DNA of 64,000 nt from Lytechinus pictus (taxonomy: Eukaryota): positions 25,732,001 to 25,796,000 of the forward strand of contig NC_087250.1 of assembly GCF_037042905.1 (NCBI RefSeq), given 5' to 3'. Both the position numbers and the translations under genes were made by a program. This document shows positions 13,559 through 28,300 of this stretch, in pieces; position 1 is the stretch's first letter, and each line of letters begins with the position of its first letter. Under the pieces are notes generated by a model. It was not told the origin of the DNA. It did not search any database and was given only the letters and a program-made list of their open reading frames with translations.

Positions 13559-15083
13559 CCATTTCTGCTATAAGGGGACGATCGGACACTTCAGCGATTT
13601 TTTCAAACGTTCCAAAACGCTCGATAATTGCTCATGGAGTAGGGCGCCCAACAGCGTTCATTAGGTAAACCATCGCACATCGGCACGGTGCTGTGTATAA
13701 AACATATGGGCGAAATGAGAGAGGGGATTTTGGAGAGGGCTCAAGGGTGGCGCATGGGAGAAAATCCACTTTTTATTACCTAGAAACCTCTTAAATATAT
13801 TCATCTTTGATTTATGAGAAAAAAATGCTACAATGTAAAAATCGTCTATTTCTTCACCCCTCGCGTTCCCTCATATATTTTGTACACAACCATCTCGCGA
13901 TATGCAAAGGTAAAAAAAGGTCGTTACTTACTCAACGCTGTAGGGCGCTCTTCCCGAGCGTTTCATTACGCGGTCTATGTTCTGTCCGATCATCCACTTG
14001 TAGTATCTCTGACTGAACACCAGGGGAAGTAGAAATGTACCCGACTTGTAAGGTATTGCCGAATCAAGAAAAACATTTTTATTGGTCGAAAATCGACGAT
14101 AAATTCGGATTATTCCACCAGTTAGGTCGTCTTATATCTATTTTGGTCAAATCAATATTCACGATACCATAGAATAGTCCGTCCTGGCAAGATCACGCCC
14201 TTCACATGCAAAACAGAAATTGAAAACATTTGTCAAAGCGGAGCAACTTCTATCAATTCGCCATCAACGTTTATTTTTGTTATCATTTTTGTCATAATAT
14301 GGCCTTTTATTTAAATAGGCGTATGTATGATTATGCTTCATGTGACAAATTATAATATTTACGATTATAACGTCATTGTTTGTAATCATGTGGGTTTTTG
14401 TGCGCATGCCGATCTTGTTATTGTACTCGGGTTGAGTACCAGAAATGCGTTCTGTTCAGTCCCGGGGCCCGTTCCATATAGGACTTGCAACTGTTGTATA
14501 TCACCTAAAGATAATGTTAACTAGTTGAAGAGGTGGATGCAGTAGATGACTGATTGTAATCAGTTCATCAGAAGAAACTTAACCTCCTCAGTCAAACTCT
14601 TATGAAATGGTAACCGGTATACCTTCTCCACGTTATAAACTCCACCATGCAAACCTACAAAGATCAAAATTGAATCTGATGAAGAAAAAATAGCAAATCA
14701 AACTGATAAAGCGCCAATTAACAGGCTTACCCTAATTATAAGACTGGGGTGGGGCTGACCTAACGCCTCCTCCTCCCATCGACATTTTTTTCGGATAAAT
14801 CTGCTGCGCGATTTTGTTTTATCGCCCCACTTGCTGACTTTTTTTATTTCAATTCTCGGCCAAGTTTTGAGACTAAATTTGCGACCCCCGTACGCGGTTC
14901 CGAAATTACGCAGCATTTCTTCAGAAGAGCTTCTGTTGTCTCGGTCAACCGAATTTTAAACGTCTGCGAAGAAATTGTAAAAATACGCAAACCTTTTAGC
15001 AAAGATAGCAAGGCAAAGGGAGTCAATAATCACTTTTTGGGGGGTGGGGCCTTCATATGCACTCCATAACAGGGATATTACAT

Positions 15084-15388
15084 AATCGATTACTCGAAGA
15101 ATACTAAAAAATGTATAATTATTGCACTTCGCCTGTCTTGATTTTAGTTTTTACATCAACCAAAACCAGTATTTATTTTCTTATTTACCTAACATTTAAA
15201 ATAAAAAAATAGAAAAAAAAATTAACATAAAAATAATTTACAAAAACAATGGTAAAAAATACAAGGTTAACTTTTTAATTATTAATTTTTGGGGTAATAT
15301 AACCTTAATGGATGATATAAAAAGTAAGTTTAAGCATAAATTAAAAAAGTACTAATCTAGTTTGACACTAAAATTGTGTGAGGTGTCA
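15084..15388 (+). repeat. Tripartite module copy
   Basis: AATCGATT 15084; TTAACTTT ~15266; TGACAC..GTGTCA 15363-15388; upstream 14916-15038 matches 43962-44152. Confidence 0.65.
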
Positions 15389-17277
15389 CTGTCATGTACG
15401 AAGCTGATATATTTTGAAAAATAAGTCCCTAATTAACATACCCCAGTTACTTCAAAATACATGTTGAATGAGGTCTAAATTTAAAAGCTGCAAAATGAGC
15501 AGAAATGGTCATGAAGGGTCAATACAGAACATGATTATTTTGTCTGTGTCAATGGTAGTCTAGTGTAGTGATGGTTCTGTGACATGGTTTGAGTCGTGGT
15601 TTGAAATACCCATCCATGTTTGTTTGTTTGTTTGTTATGTGTTTGCTTGTGCAGAGGTGTGTTTCATTCCATGTTATTGTTGATGTTAAGGTGCATGAAA
15701 ATAATTAAAAGAAACCGCTGAGAAACTCACTCATCACCACTGAAAAAAGAACAGTGACTTTCAATATTGTGTCATTTTGCAACTTTTGAATTTTGACCTT
15801 GCCCCACATTTCAAGGCACTGCACCTCTATGTGAACGACAATCGTATCATGTAGGGTATCATTTTAAAGAGAATTAACTTTTCTATTCATTGATATTAAT
15901 TTCACATTTATATTTCCTAAAACCGAGGAAGGATTATCGATCAAAGTCAGATTTCCAAACTTTTTTAAGGAGTTTATATAGATGTTCACAGACATTCAAA
16001 AGTCTTACTTCTTTTTTTTACGATTTTATCAGTCTAACAAATTTTGCAATGCACCATTCTGTGACAAGAATGAGTGCCAGATGATTTACTTGAATATCAC
16101 AGTCTTCCTAAGTTCTCACAGAAGGTTGCGCTGGTTTGCTGCGTTAGAAATGATTAAAAGACATCCCTTTCCTACACTACTTCAATCCCTTTTTTTTTGG
16201 GGGGGGGGGGGATGGGCAGCTCCACCATGGATATCGAAACTTCAAACTCTTTTGTTCCCCATGTTCATGTTCACAAAGTAGATATATCGCAACAATATCA
16301 ACATTAAACATAAACAGGGCGCTTTAGCAGAAAATTAATGAAATGTTATAAATTGTGATGAATGAAACACTCGAGCATATCAGTTTCACCCCCAAGAACC
16401 CACCGTATGGTTTCAGCCCCCTCCCCCGACCACACCGTATGGCAACGTAGCAATAAAGTAGAATGGGAGAATCGATAATAGCACATTTAACACACAAATT
16501 TAGAAAGAAAGGAACTCTGAATCTAAATCAAATTCATTGATAGATTTAGCAAAAAAGGCATAGGAAGATACATTAGAAAAAAAAAAAACATTCATTTCCT
16601 ACAACACGCTCTACTTCATTTATTGATTTTTTGGGGGGAGGGAGGGGCGGGGGGCAGGGCAGCTCGACCATCGATAACGAACTTTGAAACTCTTCATGGT
16701 CGCAAAGGTTTTTAAAAAATTGTATCGTATTGAATATAAAAATGAAGCAAAAAAAGGTCATATTTAGTATTAAATAAATATTGTAAATCATTTTGATATG
16801 ACGGAGGAAGAAATATTTGACCATATTAATTAGTTTCGTTTACCTCATGAGACAGTGTTTCCAATATGAAGAAAATTACCCGATTTCCGGGTATTCTGGA
16901 TTATTTTCAGGTTATTCCAGGTAATCCAAAAATTACAATAAAAAACAATCAAAAGTTTCAACTTTTAATATTCATGTTATATAATCTCAAAGAACTGTTT
17001 ACCTCCATAAGTAGCTCAAAATTTTCCGCTCGCTCTCCGCGCTCGCATTTCGAATTATATTCCAATTTCTAAAGAGGGAGTCAACAAAAAAATGTTTAAA
17101 TTCCTTGTTAGGCTCGCGGTATTATTGCCTGATTCTTATTAAAAATCAAGCTTGAAAATTACAGGAAATGTCTATGAATTTGGGATGCAGTTTCTGGATT
17201 TTTTTTTTAGAAACACTGCCCTGAGAACCATTCTATAGACATATTAAAAAAGTAAAACGAATAAAACTGAATTAGAG

Positions 17278-17299
17278 AATCGATCATACATATATTACC

Positions 17300-17332
<33 letters not shown>

Positions 17333-17620
17333 CATTAAGTTTTTTCAAATTTTAAGAAAAAGTAACATACCTCATACCTACTTTCCTTTCAATATTATGT
17401 TTTTTGGTGTTATTTTTGTGTTTTAGATAAAATTATTATTTATTATCACTTTAACATTATGTTAAAAAGAAAATATTCTACATCAACTATTAAAAAAAAT
17501 TACTTTATTGCCTATTAAATAAAATATCACTCTCTAAAACTTGGCGGAAATTTCGCAAAAAGTTTTTTTCAAATATTGCTACTTTTTGACCAGCGCCGTT
17601 CTAACTCGAGAATGAGCGCT
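17278..17620 (+). repeat. Tripartite module copy with expanded A-tract
   Basis: AATCGATC 17278; ACTTTTTGA then AGCGCCGTTCT..AGAATGAGCGCT 17592-17620. Confidence 0.5.
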
Positions 17621-18143
17621 TTATAATAATGTATATTCTGATGGAAAAAGTGTCGGTATGATATTCTGCACGCCGATGGCGTCCCGCATGAAGCGATTTG
17701 GGGGTACTTTTTTACGATAATTATTGTTTCTTGTTATGTACGTTTTGATTTTCAGGAGATCTACTTATTAATTAAAGACTTCGGCAAATTCACTGAATAG
17801 AATAACTGTCTCCTGCTGTGACGATGAAAAAATTATATCAAAGGGTATACAATCTATTTGTTCATTATAACAGAGTTTATTATTACCTATATAAATTAAA
17901 GTTTATGAATAATGATAGAAATTTTAAGTTAATATCGGCCTCATTTTAGTGGCTCAGTCATTTACCAAGTTCGACCTTTTTTCGGGATATGATGAACAAA
18001 AAAAATCCCCTTATCTGTTTCCAAAATCTGCACGAGGATTACCATGCCATACCATTTTTTGAAAAATCATTATCATAACTGACCTGTAACTTTAAAACTT
18101 ATTATTGGATGGGCACCCGCTGTACGTAGTAAAAACGAAATGT

Positions 18144-18450
18144 ATTTGATCATAATTTTAGGTTTACCCAGAATATCACAAAATATTCAGTAGGAAAAAA
18201 ATATATATTTTTTATTTGAGATTTACGCAAAAAAATGTATTTTTATGTATTCTTCCAAAATATTTTTTTTATTATTTATTTTGCTTATGAAAAAATACTA
18301 TAAAGCAATAATATAATCATAACTTTGTAAATTATATCTTTAAATCTAATATGCAATATTTGTTTCCTGCATTATTTGATATGAAGTCTTTTGGTGATCT
18401 TTAAAAAAAAAATCAATGTTTGGCCAGCCTGAACATTCGTAAGTTTGGGC
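18144..18450 (+). repeat. Tripartite module copy with degenerate first box
   Basis: ATTTGATC 18144; TAACTTTGTAAATTATAT ~18320 (same as ~22960); TTTGG then GCCTGAAC..GTTTGGGC 18427-18450. Confidence 0.55.
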
Positions 18451-18799
18451 CATATATCATTTGCAGTCCAGTAGAAAATATGCATACGTGGAAAAGTTGA
18501 AGATGAAGTACTAAGTTGTTTAGTTGATTGATGTTCTACATCGGTATTGAAGTTAATCCAGCTTGGTTGCATATGCCACCTTGGCGATCTTGAGCATTTT
18601 ACGCCTAATTAGCATAATCATCTAATTAGCATGCATACAATATGTAATATGCTACTTCTCTTAAACCATAAAGACTTAAACAGTAGAAAGATCTTAAATT
18701 CCGCAGATGTCAACGGGTCATCAGTCATGTCAGTAGCACACCAGGAATCGCTGATGTTCCGGTCATTTGAGTGCTGTACACCTCCTCCTGGAATCACCT

Positions 18800-19635
18800 G
18801 GACAGCATCCCCGTTGACACATAAGAAGAAATGTGAATTGTCCAGAAAGCACTAGGATGGCTTCTGAACATCCCTTTGCCAAAGCTCCCATCTCCTTCAA
18901 AAGCTGGTTATGCCTCCATGTGCACTGCAAAGCTCCGGTGTTGATTTAACACCAGCCCGGAATCTATATTTGTCCACACCAGAAAAGCATTGAAACGACA
19001 CCAGTTTGGAATCTAACCGATGTTGTTTTAAAACAAATTGGTGTTGTATAAACACCTTATGTGGTGTTAGACCAATACCAAAACCGGTGTTGTTTAACAC
19101 CTCTCTGATGTGAACATACATAGATTCCGGGCTGGTGTTAAATCAACACCAGAGTTTTTGCAGTGTATAGGCTTGCAATAATTTTGCACAGGCTGATAGG
19201 ACATGCTCTAACGATCCTCTTGCCTTCCTACAACCATGACAACAGACCTTGCAACTGTCATCCACCACACAACCCAACCTCTTCAAATTCACTGACTTTG
19301 GCAGGGCATCAAAGGTGGAACTTACCATAAAGAGTAAAGCTCCAGACGACATCGTCCTGAGTTGGTCCCAGGAGACCTTCCTCTGCTCCACCTCTTCCCA
19401 ATGAGTCCATGCGCCCTGCATACCCTGCTGTGCAGCTTTCGTCAACCGACATTCCCCTCTTTCTCCTTGATCGCCTCAACCACCAAAACCCTCCTGTCCT
19501 TCATGCCTTCTTTTCTATACCATCTCATGCCAGGATGATACCCAACCCCGCTCCGACCCACTTGAACCGCGCCACGCATCTCCTTCCACTTAGCCATTGC
19601 CACGGCTTCATCCGCAGCATCTTCTCCCTTCCAAT
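18800..19635 (-). pseudogene. Fragment of a HERO-clade (restriction-like endonuclease) non-LTR retrotransposon, zinc-knuckle region
   Basis: Translation QGAWTHWEEVEQRKVSW..FDALPKSVNLKRLG..C..C..GSLEHVLSAC..AYT continues as WRHN beyond the MITE; this motif order is typical of HERO/NeSL-type ORFs. Confidence 0.7.
18923..19165. mobile_element. MITE with CACTG termini inserted in the HERO fragment
   Basis: ~45-bp TIR CACTGCAAA..CCGGTGTTGATTTAACACCAGCCCGGAATCTA; apparent 2-bp TSD; second copy at 62139-62372. Confidence 0.8.
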
Positions 19636-19764
19636 AATATAATTTTTAAGAGGTCGTGTGACGAGGAATCGATTCATAACAATAATTTAAATTTTGCATT
19701 TATGCAATTATCGCCTAATTAGCATATGAGCTAATTAGCATAAGTGTAAATATGTACGTATTTT

Positions 19765-20360
19765 TGTTTTTGTTGTTGTTTGGTTTATTCACGATAAAAA
19801 ATATATAAATATAAACAAAATATACATTGTAAGATCAAATTAGTATAACATAATCATAACATAAATAATGAATATAATACAACATATAAAACTTATACAT
19901 ATCGTAGGGATGACTCGTTTCAGATGGGCTATTAATATAGCCCATCTGTTCTTCCCCGAGGTCCCTGGAAATAAATATCTTAAATTAACATTACAATTTC
20001 AATGACAACTTCTAATCAATATAAAGAGATATAAAAGTTAAGGTGCATGAACTTGCAGTGCAAGCTCAGATACCCCCCCCCCCCCACCCATGAAATCATC
20101 ATTACACAGTTCTAATTTTTTCTAGGATTTCTTTTTTATAGGTTGAAAAGTTGTTTAATTTTTGTATGTTAAGAGGTAGATTGTTGTTTAATGTACCACA
20201 ATGATATATGAATGTACGCTTACAATTTTCAGTCTTCGGTTTCGGCATTATAACTTGATTTCCTTTTCTTGTGGGGTACCTCGATGTCTTAAAAATCATT
20301 TTATCTTTTAAATAGGCACGAGACATATAATGACATATTTTATATAATAAACAATTATTT
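19765..20360 (-). mobile_element. 5'-truncated CR1/L2-group LINE (ORF2 C-terminus and 3' UTR)
   Basis: RYPTRK..PKPKTENCKRTFIYHCGTLNNNLP..FSTYKK; AATAAA and a CAA-rich tail on minus near 19765-19790. Confidence 0.7.
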
Positions 20361-22768
20361 GTGGATGTATATCCAGAGTAAGCCCAATACGTATATAATG
20401 CAGCCTGCTTATGGTTTTCTATGGCGAGGAATTCATTTATGACATTATTTTTCAATTCAACTAAAGGAATCGTTGTAACTACCATACTTCGCATACTGCA
20501 CTAATCAACATTACGTGTGTAATTATTGAATTATTTGTCAAAGTACTGTCTACAACAGCATGAAAAGATACATAATACAGGCCTTCTAATGTTTTTGATG
20601 TTGAGAATAATTATTTATGACAGTAATTTTCCCTTTTAAGAAATGACAATTATTTAATTAGAATAATTAGTATAATGCACTAATTAACATATATCTTCAA
20701 TATAAATATATTCCTTTGTCAGTTTGTATCAAGAATGCCCGAAAACATGAATGATACAACTACCTATCCCATGGTTTTCTATGACGAAGAATTCATTTAT
20801 GACATTAATTTCCTTTTTTACCAACGTAATTGTTGTATTTTTTCTTATGTTATTACATGAAATCATGATTGTTTTATTTCTTTCACAAATGTATAAATGA
20901 TGTGTCTCTATTATTATGAAGTAAGTTGCAGCAAGGAATAACTAATACACTTAATCAGTTGTCAATCCCATTGTTTTAGTTTTTGGTAGAAAAAAGGAAT
21001 AAACCTAATTGTATTTAATAAAATACAAAAGAACAAGTGGGGACATGACATCATCAGCCCACATAATGAATATTCATAAAGACATGCCTAGAACTGTTTC
21101 ACCAGAATAATGCAAATCTTTAAAATTTAATAAACTTTGTTATCCAATTTATGAAATTTTCAATACTTTGCTTTGTGAATTCTACGCTATTTATTTAGAT
21201 ATAAATATTTTCATCCCGGAGCAGTGATATTCATGACTAGAGAGTTTTTGCATACATCTATTTAACTAGCTTGATCTGGACCAAAATATTGCTGCTCTAA
21301 ATATTCATCAAATTTTATGATTTAGGTATCATTGTAAAGAAGAATAGTTATTTCTAGTCATGTGTTTGAATTTATTTAAAGATTGTTTTAATTTAGGTTA
21401 AACTTTTGATCTAAAATGTGCTACAACATAATTATTTTCACCTTACAAAAGTTGATATTTTACAATCTATATTTGTTTGAACCCAAATGATTTTCGATCA
21501 TGACTTAACAATCTATGCTTTAAAATGGTTTATGTTTCAAAACAAGAATTGGTTTAATCGGGTCAAGATCCCACTTTTCAATGGTCAAGTACATTAAGCA
21601 GCTTGAAAACAAGAATACTGCACTCTGATTCGTCAAAGAGACCACACTCCACTCATTCTAACGGTTCGAGTGCTGGGTTCACGGTAAGGTCACACTCTTC
21701 GTGAGGTAATCTCATAAAATTACCCGCGCTTGTTGTTTTGAAGCCTTATCCAGCCAATCAGAACTCTAGATGCCAGTGCTAGTCCAACGTTTTAGAGATC
21801 TCGTCTCGAACCTTGGTGGGAAAAAGTGTGATCTTGAGACCCGACTAAAAGATACCACATATCAAGAGTGGCATTGTGAGAAAGTACATATTTCCACCTA
21901 AGTATGTGGTGATATGGATATCATTGAGGATCAAAATAAAACGTTTTTGTATAATTTGCAAAACAAAACAGAGGACGAAAATTCAGTTTGAAGTACATTT
22001 CCAGGCCTGAAATTCACCTATTTATCAAAATAGTCAGTACAAAATAAATGACCAATATGAAAGAGAAACATTTACTCTGTCAAATGGTGCAATATTTAAT
22101 TTCACTTGATGATGAAGAAGGTAAGTTCTTAGAGAAAGAAAATTTCAGGATTCATAAGATTTTGCAGGGAGAAAAATTCAGCCACGAGAGGATTTGGTTG
22201 TATCTGGCTTATTTGCTCATTAGCATGGGGACCTGCGGTCTGAATGATTCACACCAAAATTAGTCATCTAAAATAACGGTTTCGCGAGTTTTTAGGTTTT
22301 TTGTGCAAAATCACCGAAGGGGATAGCTATGACTGTAAATAATGGGGGGAGGGGGTGGGCTTTCTGAAAGTTAAGCTGTTTGTTCAAAACCAACATAATT
22401 GCCAAAATAATAATAATAACAATAACACATGAGATTTGTATAGCGCACTTTCCATTTGATTAGATGCTCAAGGCGCTTCAGAGCAGAACAACAAAAAACT
22501 ATTTACATATAATACATGTCTGAACAATAAGTCAATGTCTATCAAAAAAATACTCTTATACAGGTATGTATGTAAGAAAACAAACCAACTCAATACTTTT
22601 GGAGGTCGTATTCACTGTACAGATATAAGTTCGTGTGGGACTACGCCCAGATTCTTGACCCAATAATTTCGGTTAATATATATTCAGGGTCATGTACAAC
22701 AAAACTTTTTTTTTTTCTTTTTGTTTGTCGGGTAGATCATCCCCTTTGAAAAATAAGTGAAATATAAT

Positions 22769-23084
22769 AATCGATTAAATTAAAGGTTAAGAGACATTCA
22801 TTACACATTATATATTTTTTGGAAACAAATAGGTTTGTTTTATTTCTAACATTATTTTTCAAATATTTATATATTTTCATGCTTTTAAATTAACTAAATT
22901 TTATTTTAGGCATGTATTGTTTCTTAAAAAAGTCTTTAAAACGGATTATTTGTATTCGTTAACTTTGTAAATTATATATTTTTATAAGGTATATTAATTT
23001 TCGGTACCACAATTCAGCGTATGGAAAGTGGTTTTTCAAACAAAAGTTAATTTTGACAAGCCCCATTTTATTTCAATTGGGGTT
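22769..23084 (+). repeat. Tripartite module copy
   Basis: AATCGATT 22769; TTAACTTTGTAAATTATAT ~22959; AATTTTGA then AGCCCCA..TGGGGTT 23059-23084. Confidence 0.7.
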
Positions 23085-23311
23085 ACGTATGCACCTTATC
23101 AATACTTGCGTAATAATCATCGGGTAGCAGAATAGTGATTAATCAAAATTTTATGGCATTCTGATGTTTCCTTATTTAAAAAGTTTATGTTCGAGATTTC
23201 ATGTATGTAGAAACTTGTTTAATATTTATGATATGATGATAAAAATATATTATTTGCCTCATATTTTGTATTTCTAGACTATGTGAGAACAAAACGTATC
23301 TTGAAGTCCTG

Positions 23312-23523
23312 GGGGGTGTTTCACAAAGATTTAAGTATGACTGAAGTCGCACTTAAATGCCGACGCGTACATGATATGCAACATGCGATCTTATTGATAG
23401 ACACGCATTAGTGCGCGTCCTCATGACACGATCTGACCAATGCGGTCAAGCCTTTCATACCGTACGCAACTCGGTATTTAAGTGCGACTCTAAGTCATCC
23501 TTAAATCTTTGTGAAACACCCCC
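23312..23523. mobile_element. PIF/Harbinger-like MITE
   Basis: TIR GGGGGTGTTTCACAAAGATTTAAG / CTTAAATCTTTGTGAAACACCCCC; CTG flanks. Confidence 0.75.
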
Positions 23524-24582
23524 TGGTATCTTTTTTCTTAATCTACACGCGGATTACCCTACCATTACAAAGGGCCCGTAACACATTTTCACGTGCAAAA
23601 TTTTGGGGTGGCTCCATCCCTTTTCATCCCCTCCAGACAATGGACAAAATAGGCGAACAATGAAATCACAGTGGACGGATGCTCGATGGATGTAGAGCGT
23701 ATGAAACAAGTAAATGGAAAGAGTAGGCATGCACAACTGATACATAACGTGTTCCAACGGATGGCAAGTTTTTTTTTTCGTTTTACATCCTCTTTGCATC
23801 CGTAAGTACAGTGGGACCAGTTGTGGTAACGATTTAAAATGAGTTAAAGCATAATCCAACAAAATGACCACCCAAGTGTTTATTATTTATGAACAAAAAT
23901 TATGTATCAAATGGTTCTGTGAAAAGCTTTGTAATTGCTGAGAAATAAGCGTTAAAAAGCATGGCATTCCATAAAATATTGGGATTTTTTCCCAGCAACA
24001 ATACCCGCAATGATGATTCACTGTCCGACGTGTGGTAATCTGTGTTAGCTATCATCAGTAAGCTTTCATTTCACTTTATGTAACTGTGCTGAGTCTAGAT
24101 CTAGGATAATAATTATGGAAACAATTAACATTGGTTTTACCGACTTTCTGATGAAGTCAGCGTTTACTTTAGCTGCTTCCTTTTACCCTATTTTCATATC
24201 AAGGCTTTGTTAATGTGTTTTTTTTTATAACTACACTCTAAAAAAAAACCGCTGTTTGTTATTTTAAACAATATTGGTATATTCTATTATGAACCGTCCA
24301 GGAGTTATTGAGACGTTTTAAACAAGTTTTTAAAACCTTATACAAAAGAGTTTCATTTTTATATTAAATTCATGTAATAACCTAAGAAAAGGGAAAGTGG
24401 GATGTAAACATCATCAGTCCACCTAATGAATATTCATGACGATGTGCATATAATTGTTTGCACAAAATATTAACAAACTTTAAAATTTAATGACTTCGTT
24501 ATTTGTGATCCGATTTTGATGAAACTTTCAGCCTATTGTTCTGTGAATTTTACTCTGTTTACGTTGTAACTGGGTAATATTT

Positions 24583-24905
24583 GGCCAAAGAAACCGACGA
24601 TTGTTCTTTGGCCTGTCAAAAAAACTTTAACCAATCACGTAACAGTATTGTTACGTACGCTACATAAGTAGGTCTATAAATATATATTTAACATTTTAAA
24701 ATAATTTTCTTAGTGAAAAAAGATTATCGATGCTAAAATTGTTCTTGATTTATCTATTTATTGTTTAAGTGACAAAAATAAAATCAAAAAAGGATTTTAG
24801 TAGTTTTTTGTGATTCTAAAATAATATAAAACTCGATACTATTTCAGTAAAAAAAGCATTAATAACATAATTTACGTGTGGATTAATTGTCGAATTGAAT
24901 CGATT
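24583..24905 (-). repeat. Tripartite module copy
   Basis: AATCGATT 24898-24905; on minus TTTTTGACA then GGCCAAAGAA..TTCTTTGGCC 24583-24613. Confidence 0.6.
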
Positions 24906-25308
24906 ATATTGAAGCTGTTCATGTCTAAGATTGATTGGGCCGGGTTGTATTTTGTTTAGAACGATCGGTTTTCAGCTAATAATATTATTACATGATTTCA
25001 CCAAGAAAAGTAAAATTAATGTACAGGATCGAGATCTACGATAATATGGTGACAATTATTCTTATTTCTGTAAGACTTTGCCATGAAATAAATATTTACT
25101 ACAACTAATTGAAATCCTCTAGAGGAGAATCGGTAACCAATGACTTTTTAAATACTAAAGGTTAGCTTCGTAATTCTTTTATACTGATCTGACCATATTG
25201 GGAAACAAAAGAAGATATTTGACGCAGACTAGATTATTTTTTCGCTTTCACACAAATAGACCTGCCTAATTATGAAAAAATAACAGCTATGGCTGTGGAT
25301 TCGAACAA

Positions 25309-28300
25309 TTTGATTTGATTTATTGTTTTCTTCTGCATCCATAACATTCGTATAATACATTCTTCATAACATAATAAACATAATATGCTAGCATTTTTGG
25401 CATGAATCATAAATAAAGAGTATTAAAAAGATAATTTCAGACAAAAATGATTAACTATATGATATTCACAATTTGCAGGAGAAGGATTGTCATCATAAGC
25501 AGATTGCTTGAAAAAAATGACAATCCCAAACTTATACTAATTGAATTAATTAATACATTTATAAAGCAGAATGGGCATACATTTTCAAATACGAAACATG
25601 AATTCATGCAATATTATAGTATGAAGATGAAGATGATAAAGCTGAGGGTGACGGTGATATGATGATGTTGATGATGATGATGATGAAGGCCATGGAGATG
25701 ATGGTGGTCATGATGAAGATATTGGTAATGACTAAATCGAAGGAGGAATAAATTCACGATAAAAAGGATACGACACAGAAATTTTACTTCAAATATTCTG
25801 ATAATAACATAGATTTAACGTTTGCCTTAAATGAATGAAGAGACGAAGATTGTTTTACAGGCTCTGGTAGAGAGTTCCACAAATCTGGACCATGGTGTCT
25901 TATGGATCTCTGCGCAATAAGCAATTTAGGGTTGATTAGATGGAAATTTGAAGAGTTACGGGTAGGGTAAGAATGAATAGATGTATTCAGAGTATAAAAA
26001 TTGTGGAATGAAGGTGGGAGCATGTTATTTACGTACTTAAACATAAGTAGTAAACTTTGAAGAGTATTTATGTCAAGTACTGTTAGAGTCTTTAGTTTAT
26101 GGAATAATGGATTTGTGTGTGATAAATATTGGGAATCAGTACAGATTCGAATTGCTTTTTTCTGTAATAAGTATATTGTATTAATTTTAGTTTTTGCACA
26201 TGTTGCCCAAACTATGTTGCAATATGATATATAAGGCAATATTAATGAATTGTAGAGTATGACAAGAGTTGTATGTGGAATTATGTTTTTCATTTTGTAA
26301 AGTATACCAACGTTTCTAGAAATACTAGTAGTTATACAACGTACATGTTCATTCCAATTTAAATTTTCATCTATTGTGACACCTAAAAACTTTGTTTCTC
26401 TTTTCCTGTTGAGAGGAGTATTGTCTATGTTTATATTGTAAGGAAATTCGTTATCATGTGAGTGTGTATGCTTGAAATATATAAAGTTTGTTTTATCTAT
26501 ATTGAGTGAAAGCTTATTACACTTAAACCACAAAGATAGTTTTGGTAATTCACGGTTAATTATATCTACTAAAGTTTCTAAGCTATTATGTGAACAAAAA
26601 ATGTTGGTGTCATCTGCAAATAATACATATGATAATAAAGGTGTTACAGAAGTCAAATCATTGATATATATTAAAAAAAAGCAAGGGGCCTAGGATTGAT
26701 CCTTGTGGAACTCCGCATTGTATTAACTGAAAATCAGAAGGAATATTATTGTGAATTACATATTGTTTTCTATTGGACAAATAACTCTTAAACCAAGATA
26801 GTGTAATTCCGCGAATTCCAAAATTTTCAAGTTTTTTAAGTAATATCTGGTGGTCAAGAGTGTCAAAGGCTTTGCTTAAGTCCATGAATACGCCTATTAT
26901 ATGTTCTTTTTTTGCCATTGCATTTGTAATTTTATCGTATATTTGTATTAACGCCTGATCAGTCGAATGTCCTTTCCTGAATCCATATTGGTTAGAATTT
27001 AGAAAATGAAAAGTATCTAGAAACTTATAAAGTCTATTGTAAATAATCTTCTCTAATATTTTGGAAATGCTGGGAAGAATAGAAATAGGCCTGTAATTTG
27101 TTATCTCATGCGGATTGTCTTTTTTTTTAACAGGATTTACCTTTGCAATTTTTAGGGAATCAGGACATATTCCGGTGCTAATCGACAGATTAAAAATATG
27201 ACACAAAGGAGAGGCAATATAGTGTATGATCTGCTTAAGAAGGAAAGTACTAATTCTATCAATTCCCTGTGATTTGCTTGATTTGAGATTTTTTGTTATT
27301 TCAATTAATTCCTGAACATTTGTTGGGTTAAAGAATAAAGAAGAGTTAATGGGTGTGGGAAGAAATTTTCCAAAATTTTCATCAGTTCTGTCAAGTTTTT
27401 TTGCCAATGAGGGTCCTAAGTTAACAAAAAAGGAATTAAAGGTATCAGCTACATCTTCTGAATTTATCGCAACCTCATGAGCTGTGAAATTATCTTTGGG
27501 TAATATTTTGGGTTTCTTGCCAATCAAATCATTTATAATCTCCCATGTTGCTTTCATGTTTGATTTGACTTTGTAAAGCTTCTCGGAATAAAATAATTTG
27601 CGAGAAGCTCGAATTGTATTGGTTAGTCTATTTCTATAAGTTTTGTATTTATTTTTGTTTTGAATAGAAGGGTTCTTCAAAAATGCCTTGTAAAGTTTAT
27701 TTCGGGTACGTATGGATCTTAAAATTGCTTTAGAAATCCATGGCATTTTTGCCTTCTTTCTTTTGACCAGTGGTATCAGAGGAAAATTTTTCTCGTATAA
27801 TGTCTGCAATTTATTGTTAAAATTTGTGTATGCAATGTTTGAATTAGACTCATGAAATACATCTAACCATTCTTCAATAGCAAGATCCCTTTTAAACGAT
27901 TCAATGTTATTTTGAGATTCTTTTCTATACATTGTCGATTTGAGTATATTTTCTTTTGGAATATCATTATCGCAAAATGAAAAAACCGGCAAATGATCCG
28001 ATATATCAGATATTAACAATCCGCTGGTCATATCTCTGTTTAATATATTTGAAAAAATGTTGTCGATAAGTGTTGATGAATGGCTATCAATTCTAGTCGG
28101 TTTATCTATATGGGGATAATAGCCAAATGAATGCATTGTGTGTAGGAATAAATCATGTTCATTATTTTGGGACAACAGGTTGATGTTAAAATCACCCATT
28201 AAATATATTTGTTTCTCTTCTTTTCTAATAGTATGAAGGCACGTTTCAAGGTCTTCACAAAATAAATTAACTTTATCATGAGGGGGTCTATAAATCAATC

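Noticed and set aside
19667..19674. AATCGATT as a module box 1 (also 30061, 33712, 37133)
   Set aside because: These lie inside other repeats and lack box 2 and a hairpin at the expected distances
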